Shown piece by piece: positions 11,188-24,200 of a stretch of 64,000 nt of DNA; positions within the stretch are counted from its first letter, which is position 1; each line of letters opens with the position of its first letter. The DNA is from Phoronis australis. Lineage: Eukaryota > Animalia > Phoronida. Under the pieces are notes generated by a model. That model searched no databases and was not told where the DNA came from. It worked only from the letters and a program-made list of their open reading frames with translations. A program made the position numbers and the translations under genes. Where the stretch lies: assembly GCA_002633005.1 (NCBI GenBank), contig NMRA01000663.1, positions 94,432 to 158,431 on the forward strand, in the 5' to 3' direction.

Positions 11188-13796
11188 CAGGCTTTCAAGC
11201 AGCTTTAGGCAAAAAAGTAAGAAAAAAGTAGGCCACATTTTCAAAAAAGTAGAAAAAGTAGGAACTGTGAAATGAAAAGTAGGAAAAAGTAGGCACAAGA
11301 CAGGCTCATAGCTAGCATTGTGTGAGACTGGTTCAAATTTCTGGAATGGTGACCTTTGTTATTTTGCAAAGGTCAACATAGTAGGGGAATCGGTATACAC
11401 AACAAGGACTCTCAGTTCTACTTTACTGAGACTAGACGGAAATGAGGATGCTGTGAAGATTGCTTGTAAAGAATGGTACTCAAATTCGGAGTCATGTGGT
11501 CCAGAAAGAGAACGTTTTTGCGTTATCTCCCACCACACTTTCAAATCAGGCGTGCTTAAATGATTGATTACACCTCATTACATACTTGGACAGAATTTCT
11601 TAGCCTGGGAATGACTTGATGAAATTTTTTATTTGGTTACATTATTGCACATTACTTACATCGCTGAAAATGGGAACAACCCACTATTCTTCACTAATCC
11701 GAAGGTTCTATATATCTAAAATTTCAGAATTAATTTTTATACTTTTGCATGCAAAAGTGAACCACACCTCAGTTACTAAGATGCACCTATACCAAAAGCA
11801 ACATCCGGGTACTATTGATTTCATGCACATACGAAATTACCCGCATGTCTTTCTTACAAATATGGAAAAATGAGTACGTTCTTGCATTTTTAAAAGGTTT
11901 CCAAACCCGGATTTGGTCTACTGACAGATACAAAAAATGACTTTCCCATCCAATTCTCTGAATAATGCTCTGTAACCCTCGATAACCCTCAAAAGCTTTT
12001 AACTTGGAAGATTGATGCCAGTGATGCATCAGTAAGTGACAGAATAATTTTTGGTAGCAATCATCATAACAGGGTTTAGTAGAATATGAAGTAAGAATAT
12101 TGATGAATAATAATCAGCCATGTTACAGTCATCCAATCTGTCAAGGTCGCAACATATCACAACGGGACTGAGCTAGTTTAGGACCGCTGCTCCTCAACCT
12201 AACCCAACAGAACAGCGCGCTCAGGTGGTCGAAAATGTAGTTAGAAGGTTTAACCCTGTCCCTACCAGTCTCCACAAAGTCAGAGTCTCATTCAGTCTTC
12301 TTAAATTTAAAACAGTCGTTGGTCACCGCAGCCCTGACCCATGCCCCAGATGTTGTCCCTGCTTGATAGTGAGTTGTTAGTTAGATCCAAGAATCATGAT
12401 TCACAGTGATTGGGTCTGAGCTCATTTGTAAACAATGTAAGCGATGTTTTAAGACTATTTAGCTCTTGCACACCCTTTAAATGGTTACTACATGATGGAC
12501 CAGGCCTTTATGCAGGGGACTAGTCTGGACGCCCTGGCAAGGACGCCCAATGTATCATTTGGAGGCCCACTGTCAATAGGAATCTTTCAAGTTTGGACTC
12601 CCACATTGTAATGAATACTAGGAAGCCTCTGAAGGCTCAGAGTGGGGGGGTTCTTTTTTTCAAAGCAGGAAGAAATATACAATGTACATACTTTGTATAT
12701 ACTTTGTATATACATTGTTGCTATTTTGACACCTGATTGACAGCATTGTAAAAGTCTTGGTCTATACATTTTTTTAGTAAAAATGCTCACCATAGAAGGC
12801 TGTTTTATAAACTTAGATGTAAAAACCTTGATCTATGCATTTATAAAAAATCTGTGTGTTTGGGGATATTGCTGGGGGTGGGGGGTTACGCGTCGGAATC
12901 ATGGACACCCTGGAATATTGGGAACCCCATTTTGGACACCCTATTTTCAAAATCCTGGATAAATGCCTGTGCTGGACACAAATACAGTACTTTACTCATG
13001 TAATTTCCTACTCATTAGCAGACAATCACATCAGAGTTCTGGGTTCGGAATTGTGGACATTCGAAATAATGAACTTTCGAAGGCAGCAAACCATCGGAGT
13101 AGCGAACCTTTGAAGTTAGTGTCCGACTTTCACAGTAGTGAACCTTTGGAATAGTGACATGCAACTTTGAAAATCTTTCCATCAAATTTGTAGCTCGTAT
13201 GAAGTCTGCAGTTCATTTTTGGGGGGTTTGTTATTCCTTAGGATCCATACACCGCCATCTTATCTGCAAATCTCCAGGAAAATGTCGTCTTAAGATGTGG
13301 ATATGGCGTCCCGAATTACTAAACTATCTTTTGGAAAAAGAATTTTTGTTGCACTTAAACGTTGAAATTAATCTTTAATTGTTCATTAATTACGTCAGCG
13401 TCTTAATTAATAACCCTAGGCATTTTTTCGTCTCAAGTTGCATCATTTTAATTTGAGTGAAATAAACTTGAAATGGATGTTGCACTCGAAATTTTATTTA
13501 AATGGATTTTTGGGTCCAGGGACCAAAGCCCAAGATTGGGTAACTTAAGACGCCCCTTTCCTTCAATGGTTGGTGACTTACAATAGAATTACAAAATTGG
13601 TTAGCATTACTGATGCTGGAGGAAGTCCACCGTGTGCTTTTCCTGATAATCTAAAACGAATACTCAATACTCCAAAAACATAATTGAGATGAAAAATTTA
13701 GAGCAATAAGAAAAAAGTAGGAAATATTAGGAATTCCAGAAAAAAATAGGAAAAGGCCAAAAAAAGTAGGAGAAAGTAGGAAAGCTTGAAAGCCTG
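11188..13796. mobile_element. 2.6-kb hAT-like DNA transposon derivative
   Basis: Perfect 13-bp TIR CAGGCTTTCAAGC/GCTTGAAAGCCTG, ccatca on both flanks, clustered AAAAGTAGG subterminal repeats at both ends, possible hATC remnant (DLKVWWE…FPSSLSKVELRVLVV) at ~11360-11550 minus. Confidence 0.75.
12501..12969. mobile_element. hAT-type MITE nested in the 2.6-kb element
   Basis: Imperfect TIR caggcctttatgcagg / cctggataaatgcctg, 8-bp TSD tgatggac / tgctggac, GGACGCCC/GGACACCC subterminal motifs. Confidence 0.75.
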
Positions 13797-14630
13797 CCAT
13801 CACCTTCTAAATAGATAGCTAGTAGCTATTTGCCAAATTTCATATTTAGATGAGGCAAGCGCCAAATAAAACAATTGCTACAATAGGGAGGACACAGTGG
13901 TAGTCATATCAATCTGAAAATTTGCTCGTGATGCTCCATTGACAGAAGTGTGTCTGCAAAATTTCATCTAACAACAAAAGGATTACCAATGCCTTGACTT
14001 TTCAAGTTTTTTTAATGTAAAAAGGCGGGATAGTGATATGCAAGCGTATTAAGTTAATTAAATTATTTCTTTTAATTAGTCGTTATGGACAATTAGGTAG
14101 GTACTGTCGTTTGAACATCAGTTAGCATACATGCAAAAACTTTTGCGCATAGTCATACGTGCTACATTACATTTAAGTTCCATGATAAAGGACTGCAAAT
14201 AGAATTGTGACAAACTGGGAAATTAGTGGGTAAGGCGTGTTTATGCAGACAGTAGCGCCCTCTGTCTGTTCTGCAAGAAGTAAAGTTAAATTGGAATTCT
14301 TTGTCACAAGCTCTCTTAATATCATCGAGACGATTAACATAAAACTATAAAAAAGTTCAGCAAGCTTCACTTCGCTTTGCTTCATTGTCAGCTTTTTACC
14401 CACATATTTCTAGTTGTGTTTTGACCTTCAGATGTCAATCATTGCTGACTGAGGTCAGACATTGCATGCACAGATGCATTTAAATCAAAATACTACCACG
14501 TGGAAACAATGCAAACTTTCCCAACCCAAAAACGAAATTGTTGGTCACTTAAGCAAAAGACATTGAAAGAAATTGGTACAACTTCAAATCAGTGCAGTTC
14601 CATATCCAAACAAATTATTGAGAAATTCAC

Positions 14631-14697
14631 CTTCACAGCGCCATCGATGCTCTAGGTTGTAGCCAGGCACTCCGCATATCGACTGCTCGAGCCACTG
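14631..14697. promoter_or_regulatory. Candidate bidirectional promoter / first-exon core between the FAAH-like gene and DNAAF11
   Basis: GC-richer segment bounded by minus-strand donor AAG|GTGAAT (14630) and plus-strand donor CTG|GTAAGA (14698); both genes have an acceptor just upstream of their ATG. Confidence 0.4.
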
Positions 14698-15223
14698 GTA
14701 AGAGTATTCAAATATTGGTGGAAGGGGAAGGGATGACGAGTGTCTGACAGATTTCGTTGTAAATGATGAAACAAAACAATTAATAACTTCTATTCAGTAT
14801 TTCTTTAAAAAAATTGATAAATAGGTGTCTACTTTTGTGCTTTTATGGTGTGAAAAATATTTTTGACAATATAGACAAACTCATTCCCCCCTCACATGTG
14901 TCCTGTCTTGGAATGTTCTAAACGGCTGATGAGCGAAAACATTTCAGTTCTGGTTTGTAGGATTGATTCGACGGTTAGTTCTGTAGTAATCATTGAGGTT
15001 CATTCAAATTTAGGTCTCTGAATACTTTCAACAGGAAAACTAGAGATATGGTTGTCTATTGAAGTGTAATTTGGACGTGGTAACTTCTTTTGCTGTTTGG
15101 TCGAGAAGGTGAGAAGTTTTCTCCCGTGTAAGCGCACTTGCTCTTGCGTTCTTTAGTGATGAAGGTGTATTAAAACGTTCCCGTTTCTTTGGAGAAAGAC
15201 GCTGGTTGTGTTGTTTTCCCAGT

Positions 15224-15233
15224 ATGGTTCGAA
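15224..15233 (+). CDS. DNAAF11: DNAAF11 coding exon 1 (ATG GTT CGA A)
   Basis: MVR plus phase-1 GTAAGT donor; completes Ile with the next exon. Confidence 0.85.
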
Positions 15234-18200
15234 GTAAGTTGTTTTCTGTTGTTAAAATGGCAACAAATATCAACCTATGGCGTTAATTATTGAGATGTTC
15301 CCATACGGCATACAAATACAGACGGTACAGGAGAAACCAACAGTTAATACCCCAATGTTGGTTCCGACGAAATTCCATTGATTTCAAGTCTGAACATAGC
15401 CACATAAAACTTAAAAGGCACATTGTAGGCCACCCATTTTCGACAATCACCCTACTTTGCACCGCCATGTACATTTTGTTATATTTCTAGAAAAGCTTCC
15501 TCTTTGTAATGAAACATACTTTCTTAGGCTTTCAAATGGTGTCGCCTAAAAGGAAGTCAGTCAAGACAACAAGAGACTAAAATTTTACAAGGGATTGGAT
15601 AGAACTAGCAGACAACTCACTTGGCTCACAAAAGTGTATACCCTAAATCGACACCCCACAACTCATCATTTCGGAAAGCATGTCTCTAGAATTCATAGTG
15701 ATTTTCCGAGGAGTAGTAATTCAATTAAATTAGATTGAGGAACTTTCAGTATTATTTGGTGTACGTTAATTTCTACAGCGTTTTCAGTGACTTAACCAGA
15801 CGTAGGGGGTGGTGAGCGTGTGATAACATCTAGCTTCTTTGTTAACTGCCAAGCACAGTCTTTTGTCTGTTATGACAACAGGCAGGCTAATTATCTACCA
15901 GGCTTATTACGGACCACCTGTGAACGCAGTCAAACCCAGAGTGAATTGGTGTATTCAGAAAGAATAGCTTGTTGTAACTTCGGTTGCAGCACAGGCGTCC
16001 TCAGCTTCTGATCGTCCCCAATACACTACATATAATACTACAAGGTATGACACTTCGGACTTGAAATTCCACGGGTGCTCCACTTCAGCCGTCCGTAGCA
16101 AATATAAAACTCAATAAATTTGCACAAAACAGGGGTTCAACAAACCATGAAGAATTTTTCTTTCTCCCAATACCATTCACGGTGTCCTGTTACGGCGACT
16201 TCGTAAGAAATTCGCAGTCAAAGAACAAAAATGTTCACAAAAAGCCCCCACACACGTTCTCCCTAGGCCCGTCGAGGTCAAGGACGGTTACGGAAATTGC
16301 CGGTGAGTTACGGAAGTAGCGACATCGTGACTTTACGCGACAAAGCGGCAATTTCCGTACCGTCCGTGACCTCGACGGGCCTAGGGAGAACTTGTGTGGG
16401 GGCTNGCAAATTTATTGAGTTTTATGTTTGCTACGGACGGCTGAAGTGGAGCACCCGTGGAATTTCAAGTCCGAAGTGTCATACCTTGTAGTATTATATG
16501 TAGTGTATTGGGGACGATCAGAAGCTGAGGACGCCTGTGGGTTGCAGTTGGGCGATTTTGACAATTCAAAAACTAAACATGATCATCATTTGACAAAGAT
16601 TTCAGAAATGCTATTGGTTTATGTTCAAATATGTTATAACTTAACTTTTATTTTTAACAGCACAGCCCAGTCAGGGTAGATACAATCTTATTGTTGATTA
16701 GAGCAAGTATCGAACAAAAGAGAGCTGGCCCTCCAACCATAAATGTCAGAATGGAGTTAATCAGTCGTGTAAGATATTGGCTATGGGGGTAAACTTTCCA
16801 ACTTGCTGTTGGGTATAGAATTGAACAAGTTGGGAGCAACGGGAAAACACCGTAAGGTCCTTCAAATTTGCATCACTCTCTCTCTCTCCAACCATAACTT
16901 GGAAGTCTTACATGTAGCTCACTTTCAGTGTTTCATGTGTATCACCTTAGTTGGGCACCAATTTTGGGACCTAAGCCCAATCAAGCCTCCAAACAAGTCA
17001 GCTAACAGGCAATTACCCATTGACAAATGATATAGAAAGGATTTTACAGCATGACATAACCAGAAGTAACGTACATTTATATTATTTACCAACTTTTAGC
17101 ATAAATGGGCCATCAAGTACATCTTGTGTATGTATTGTCTTTTGAAAATGTTTTTCTTCAGTTCTTTATACATTTAGTTCTTTGTATCTTGGTATTTCTT
17201 GTTCAGAACTTGTGTCAGGCCTATACAGCTTTGCTGAAAATGTGTCCTGGAATTATAGAGAAAGTAACATTTGGTAACCGGGGTATTTCTGCTATAAAAC
17301 TGAATGGTCATGTTTTTGCTTTTGTTCTCAGTAACGGAAGATTTGGTTCGGAAACGAGCTGAGCACAATGAGTGTGAGATTTCAACTTTAGAGGAAGTTT
17401 CCCTTCATCAACAAGACATTGAAAGGTATTGTTTACAATTTATGAGTGTACTCGTACTCTTGTGGTCCATCAATAGGTTAAGTGGAGTTACAACATTTAT
17501 GATAACTGAAGAGGTTTAGCGAATTTAGAAAATGATAAACAAAGACGCAAATTTAAAAAAGGATTCAACAATATTAAAGACTATTCAGTTTAGGGTAGTA
17601 GTCACTTACAGTGGTCTCGCATTCCAAGAAACAGTTTTCTCTACTAAATAATGAGCATCAAATCGTAATATTTGTTTTGTTGAACTATACATTGTTGTTC
17701 GGCTTAGTGCAACATGTGGTCACGTTTTGAACACCGTAGCGAGCAATAGCCAATTAAGAAGTACAAAAAATAAATTAAAGCTACGTTATTTTATTTTTGG
17801 TCCAAATAGAAGAATTTTTAATAGATGTAGTGATCACCACATTCAGAAATTTTGATCAAGTTGTTTGATTTATTTAATGATGCAGTGTTTCCATTCACTC
17901 GTATAAGTATGTTTTATTGACATGTAAATGCAGTTTATACTGAATTGAAGGCTTGGACATTTTCATGTGTTTCAGAATCGAGTACTTAGACAAGTGGTGC
18001 CGAGAGTTAAAAATTCTTTACTTACAGAGCAACCTTATACCAAAAATAGGTAAGATTAGTGTTTGATCAAAGTATTGTTAAAAAGTTGAAAATTAAATTA
18101 TTGAAATATCAAAAAATTCTTTTTAAAAAATAGTGTTTCACTTTATTGGCTATGAGTCATCTTCAGTTGTTCATTAAATTGACAGAATGACTGTCAATGA

Positions 18201-21200
18201 GGTTTTTATCATTCTTGACTGGATTTTTTGAGTTTCTTTTTTGATTGTTTGAAATTTCATTTATTTTTAATGTATTACAAAGAGCTTTTGAAAAAGTTAC
18301 AAACAACCTCAGCCTCATCTTAGCTTATAAGCACTAATACAGTTGTAAACTATAGCCAGTTGCTTTAAAAAAATATGAGTACAGCCCCAGAAATCTCTTT
18401 CACATGTATCCTTGTTCTCATTCATTCCCTTGCATACATTAGGAGGTCAAACCACAAGTTGTTTTGATCAGTTGATATTTTTGCTGGGCTGGCTAAAAAG
18501 ACATTTTCTTGTCAGTGGTCTATGAATATTATTTCCTTTTCAAAATCCTTAATTGAAGCTTAATCTTTCAAGTGTCATTTGTAAGCTTCTTCGTTTATTA
18601 ACAGTCAATGATTGTGTTGGATATGGAAAAATAAAGCTTAAATTAAAATGTATCTATTATTATGTTTTTGATTTTGATTTTTTGACCAAGTTTTTATTTT
18701 CATTTTGGGCTTAATACATTTTTTTTATTTAGAGAATGTCAGTCGTCTAAAGAAACTAGAATATCTGAACCTGGCACTGAATAATGTCGAAAGGGTAGAA
18801 AATTTAGAAGGTAAGTCTTGCCTGTCAAAAGCAAATTAAAAAGATGCACTTTTCAAAATGTCAGAGTCCAATTTCATAGATAACACTGCTATAAACCTTG
18901 TTTTCCATAAAGAAAACCAACTTTAGCTTTAAACCATTTACTGTTATGAAGTTGGTCCAAAGTTAAACGGCTCTGATTTCTGGTCTTGGTAAGAATTTAC
19001 AATTCGTTGTTGCTTGAAACCAGGCTCTACAAGCTGACTTCTCCTTTTTTATTTGGGTACCATAGTCTTAAGGCATAACAAACTGTTCTTTGCGAGACAA
19101 CATCATTTTTCATTTGAGTAAGGAATGAACTGAGACAAAAATTTTTTGAAAGTAAGTGATCTCAATTAAGTTTAATTTCTTCAACAGGATGTTGGTTTAT
19201 TGCCACTTTACTTTGTTTCCATGATTGTTCTAAATTTCGAAAGTGTAATAAGTTTACTTGAACATGATTTGTATAGTGTTAAAGCTGCATTTTGCTCAGT
19301 GTTGCTGGCTAAAAAACAAAAATCTATTTGGGCATTACTCGGAGTCATAAAATTGGTCTCGTAAGGTTTCCTTACAGTGATAGGATTACAATTCTATTGT
19401 CAACTGATGTCTTAGGCTATGCGTACATGCACAATATAATTCACAATTTTATGGTTGACCGACCTCATTAAAGTCTGAAACATTGTGTTGAGTTGCTGAT
19501 GGTTTTGATGTTCTTGTTAGAAACGGAAATGGAATCCTATCATGATAACGAATATTATGAGACCAATTCTATGAGAGTAAAAAGCTTAATTCTATTTTTG
19601 TTTTTGTCCAGCTCAGCGTGGCAAAATGCAGCTTCAGGCAATTCAGCAGAGGACTATTTTCGTACACAGAAAGTGGAGGGCACTGGAAGTGGTGGCGATG
19701 TCAAAAATGATGACATCCGAGGGGGTATTCAATTGGCTTAGATTTTTTATTTTGTGTGGCACTTGGTATTCAACGAGGTGCCAATTTTCCAGGTCGTTCC
19801 TTTGTATTCTGTTGGTCTAGATTTTGATGGTGAAAAAGAACTTGCACTCGTAGAAATGTATGTTTTATCAAATCCAATTTTATGGTGTAAATATTGTGCT
19901 AACATTGATATGTACTGCATTTGTCAAGAGCTGTTTCTGAATAGTTGGTGAGATATTTAAAAAGAGTCTCCTTGTATAGATTGGGTAAAAACAGTCATTA
20001 TAGACATTCACACCATGAGGTTGCCTTTTTCATGCAGTGCTTTGTTTTGTATTTTCGGTTGTGTACAACTGCGTTATCTGTTTGTTTTGTAGGCTGTGAG
20101 TCATTACAGAAGTTAGACCTAACAGTTAATTTTGTTGGCGAACTGACAAGCATAGAAAATTTGAAGCACCTCGAACACTTTCAGGAACTGTAAGGACAGG
20201 CAGTAGATTTGTTGTTTCAGATAATCGCGTCATCTCTAAAAATAAGCGCTACATTAAACTGTATTGTTTAGAGCTCCATGCTGTGGCATCCCTGCAAACC
20301 ATGATTTTGACTGTTTGCTTTGTTTTTTAATCATTATTGCATGTCATAAAATTGTGTACCGAAAAGAGTTCTTGGATTACTTCAACGACAAAATTCGCTG
20401 CTAATTTGATTTATTCTAGTTTGAAATGAGCGATTTTGAATTGACTTAATAAGTGGTGTGCAGGACTATTATAAGTAACTACCAGGTGTTGATTTGCCAT
20501 TGGTTGAGAAGATCCTGAAACCTAGCCATTGGTATTCAAGTTATTCTATTCTAGGTACATTAAAACATATTTCCACGTCATTGAATGTAAATTTGACATC
20601 AAAATATTGAAGTTTATAATTTAGCTTTGATAGCCATCCCCTATACGCTCTGACATGGTTATGCCCCTAACGAGTAAAATGTCATTCATAATACAAACCA
20701 GTTATTTTTAAATAATTATGCTTTGGGAATATATTTTTGTTATTTTTTGTTATAACTTACAAATAAAAATGTTGAATGTGAGAGGATGTTTGAGTGGACA
20801 TCAAAATAGCCTCACAGTTCGAGCAAACTAGACAGAGATGTAAACGGTTGTTTGTTTGTATTTTCGTAGCTTTTTAACCGGCAACCCCTGCGTTGAGTAC
20901 GAGGGCTACAGGACTTATGTCATCGCTACCCTTCCTCATCTCATGGTAAGGAACAAGCTCTGATGATAACTTAGCTAACTGATTTGCATTGGGTGATGTT
21001 TATATTGTGCTGGTTAAAAGTTTTGGTCTTGTGAGTCCACTGCACCCCAACCAAAGATGATGTCATGCACTGCGATTAATTCCAGTGCCACCTCGAGTTT
21101 TTGTTCCAAGTTAAACGGACTCCTGATCGGTAACCTGAATGAAATTAGCGAAATTAGTTAATATCAGGAGTAACATAAGAAATGATGCTCAAATGTTGAC

Positions 21201-24200
21201 CAAAGCACATGCGCGTAACATTGTCTAAAACACATTTGGCCTATTATTCTTCATCTTTAAGGGGCCATAACAAAGCTTGTATTCAGCATCATACAAGTTG
21301 GAAATCATTAAATGACAGGAGACAGCCAGGCCTTCATGCAGCGTACGTCCTGGGCGTCCAAATGGACGCCCTAGCACTAATGTAGACGCCCTGGCAAGGA
21401 CGCCCAATGTATCATTTGGACGCCCTGTCAATCAGAATTTCTCCAGTTTGGACACCCACATTGTAAGATTACTAAGACTCCCAGTTAATCAAAGAGAGAA
21501 GTTGGCCCTTTCAACTCAGAAAGAAATATACAATGTATTTCAAATGTTGCAATGTTCAAACTATTTTCACAGTATTTAGTAGACCTGTCAATCATTAGCA
21601 CGTGTTTGGTTGCCAGAGTGTCTGCTTTCAGTAGACTCATGTGCCACTGCAATTCTGTACTTTATATAGGGACAGGGACCTTGCTCAACTCCAAACTGGT
21701 GTTTCAGAGCTGTAGTTTCATCTACTTCATCTTTTTTTGAAAACACCAAAAGCGAAATAAATGTCATTATTTTAATAATATGATGTGCCGCAAGAATATC
21801 CCCATTTAAAATGTTTGAGTTTTCGCCCGTTTCATGCTTTTGTATGTGCGTCTAAAATGGAGCAGCAGTGACACCTGTTGCCAAAATATNGTGGGCCCAC
21901 ATGCGAGGCCTACGCACCTCTGGTACAATGTGTATCAGACCGCCTGCAATTATTTTTTTTCTATTAAGTTTGTTATGTTCGGGCTGTGCTGTGAGGTGAG
22001 TTTCCTGACTGCGCTGATCGGGAACTCGTACCAACGCAATAGACTGTTTGTCAAGTTTAATTGAGTGTGACTCTATGGCTCAGATTGTGATGTTGGAAAT
22101 TTCTCGGTTTTAAAAGTCCAGTGGAATGGTACATAACATTCAAAACATAACATCACCCGATTAGCCATATACAGTATTATGATATGGTGTAACAGTTGAA
22201 TAATGATTGTACAGTTTAAGGAAAAATGATAAGAAAAAGAGATTAAATTGAAACAGAATGAAACACAAATTAACGTACACTTGGTGTTTGGTATCAGGGC
22301 ATTTATTCAAACGTCTGCTTTAATTGTTTTTAGCACTTAGATGGCACAGAAATTGAGAGATCGGAAAGAATCAAAGCCTTGCAGGAGTTTGACCAGGTAT
22401 ATCCTCGTATTCTACAACAACAAGAAGAGTATAAACGGAAGAGGGTGAGTTGACAAAGGAGGGATATAGTCTGTTAGTCTTCACTTGTTTCATGAAAAAG
22501 GTAGAGCCAAAATTGTCTCTTTTATCTTTTAAAGGCTGAGATTATCTTGCTGCAAATAGTTTGACCAAATATTGTTTTTAGCATCCACTCAGTTTATAAG
22601 CCAATAAGACTAAAATTTTTTTGATCTTTACTTTTGCTGAGAAATTTGATGTAATGAAATTTTGCTAGTCGACCATGTTGTGACCTCAATAGATGAATTA
22701 GTAACTTTACTTTCAGTCAGTTCAGATATTATTAGTGAAGAATCACTTTGCGAAGACTTCACATCCTGGGGCTTGTTATATCAAGAGTGATACATCCTGT
22801 AATACCTTAGGCAATCACAGCTAAGGTCTTGTGCTCATTATTGGGAATGGAACAGTGTTGTTTTTAAAAGAGCTAAACATTGAAAGTCACGAGAACTTCT
22901 GGGGCAGATCCAGGATTTTGAGTTACGGGGGCCCAGGGTAGGGTATTAGCCAGGATTTTGTCCATCAGACATTCATAGCCCCTTACTGCCAAGTGGAATC
23001 GGGGAGAATTTTAGGGGGGGGGGCATGACTCCCTAGGCCCCCATCTAAATCCGCCACTGAACTTGACCATATTCAATAACTAAACTTGAATGACCACAAA
23101 CTACTGAACATCTTTGAAGTGTAATGCAACATACAACTATACTAACATATGGCTTCTGATAAAGCTAGGAGCAGTTTTCTGTTTTGTTCATTACATTCCA
23201 TTATTTCAAAGTCCGATACTGATCATTTGAATGTTGAAAACTTTTAAGAGGTTTTTCTATTTATTGAATTCGCCCTATCTCTTGACTTTGTACCTTATTG
23301 TTTTGTTAATGAATATACATTCAACTTGGTTTTAATGTTCAAGGAAAAACAAAAACTTGAAGAAGAAGAAAAGGAGAAGAAAGAGCAAATGAGAAGCGAG
23401 AGTAAACCTGGATTTGACGGACGGTGGTATACAGATATCAATGAGTCGTGAGTGTTGCACTTGTTTGTGTGTAACTGGAGGTCCATCTTCCTTTGATTAC
23501 TCGTGTGCCACAAATTCAGTGACGGTCAATGAGACGATTTTAATGAAATTAATTTCCACATTCCGGATTTAATGCTCCTCTTTTTGGAGGTAGAAAAGCA
23601 TTTTATGTGATCGACTTATTTATTTCTGAGCCTCTTTCAATTTTCATTTTTTATTACTCTCTATGCAAAAAAATTTAATGCAAAATAGGGATTAACACAG
23701 CACCAGTGTGCAGCTGTCGACCAAGTGCCCAGCAGTATTGTGCCAGGTAAATACTGCCAAACCATCTGTTTTTTTTTCTTCTTTCCAGTGACAAGAAGGA
23801 CATGTCTCAAGGCGATGCATCTGATAATAAAGAGAACAAGAGTGATAGAGACAAGGAAAAAGAGTGAGTCATTTGGCATGTTTTCATCCGTTATGCATTC
23901 CCATATTCATATACTTCTGTATTCTCTTGTATTTAGACCAGAAACAGCTGTAGACCCACATTCTGTCCGAGAAGTGAACTTGAGAAGGGATTTGTGGTTT
24001 TGCAAAGAACTGTCTGGCAATTCGTTATTTCTTGAGACCATAATGCCCTTGAGACCATGATGACCTTGAGACCATGATGACCTTGAGACCATGATGACTT
24101 TGAGAACTTGATGCCCGGCACATAAAACGACACGCCGTGACAATTGTCAAGTTATAGAGCCTGGTCTCAACCAATAAGAAACTGTTATTGGTTTTAACCA

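Noticed and set aside
15045-15265. RFX X-box expected for a motile-cilia gene
   Set aside because: Only half-sites are visible (gttgtc at ~15051, tggtaac at ~15078, atggcaac at ~15257); no full palindromic X-box
19493-19741. 82-aa ORF / cryptic exon in DNAAF11 intron 4
   Set aside because: No recognisable motif; exons 4 and 5 are contiguous in the LRR; probably repeat debris
24032-24106. Short direct repeats as a possible CRISPR array
   Set aside because: Head-to-tail units with no unique spacers, inside a eukaryotic intron
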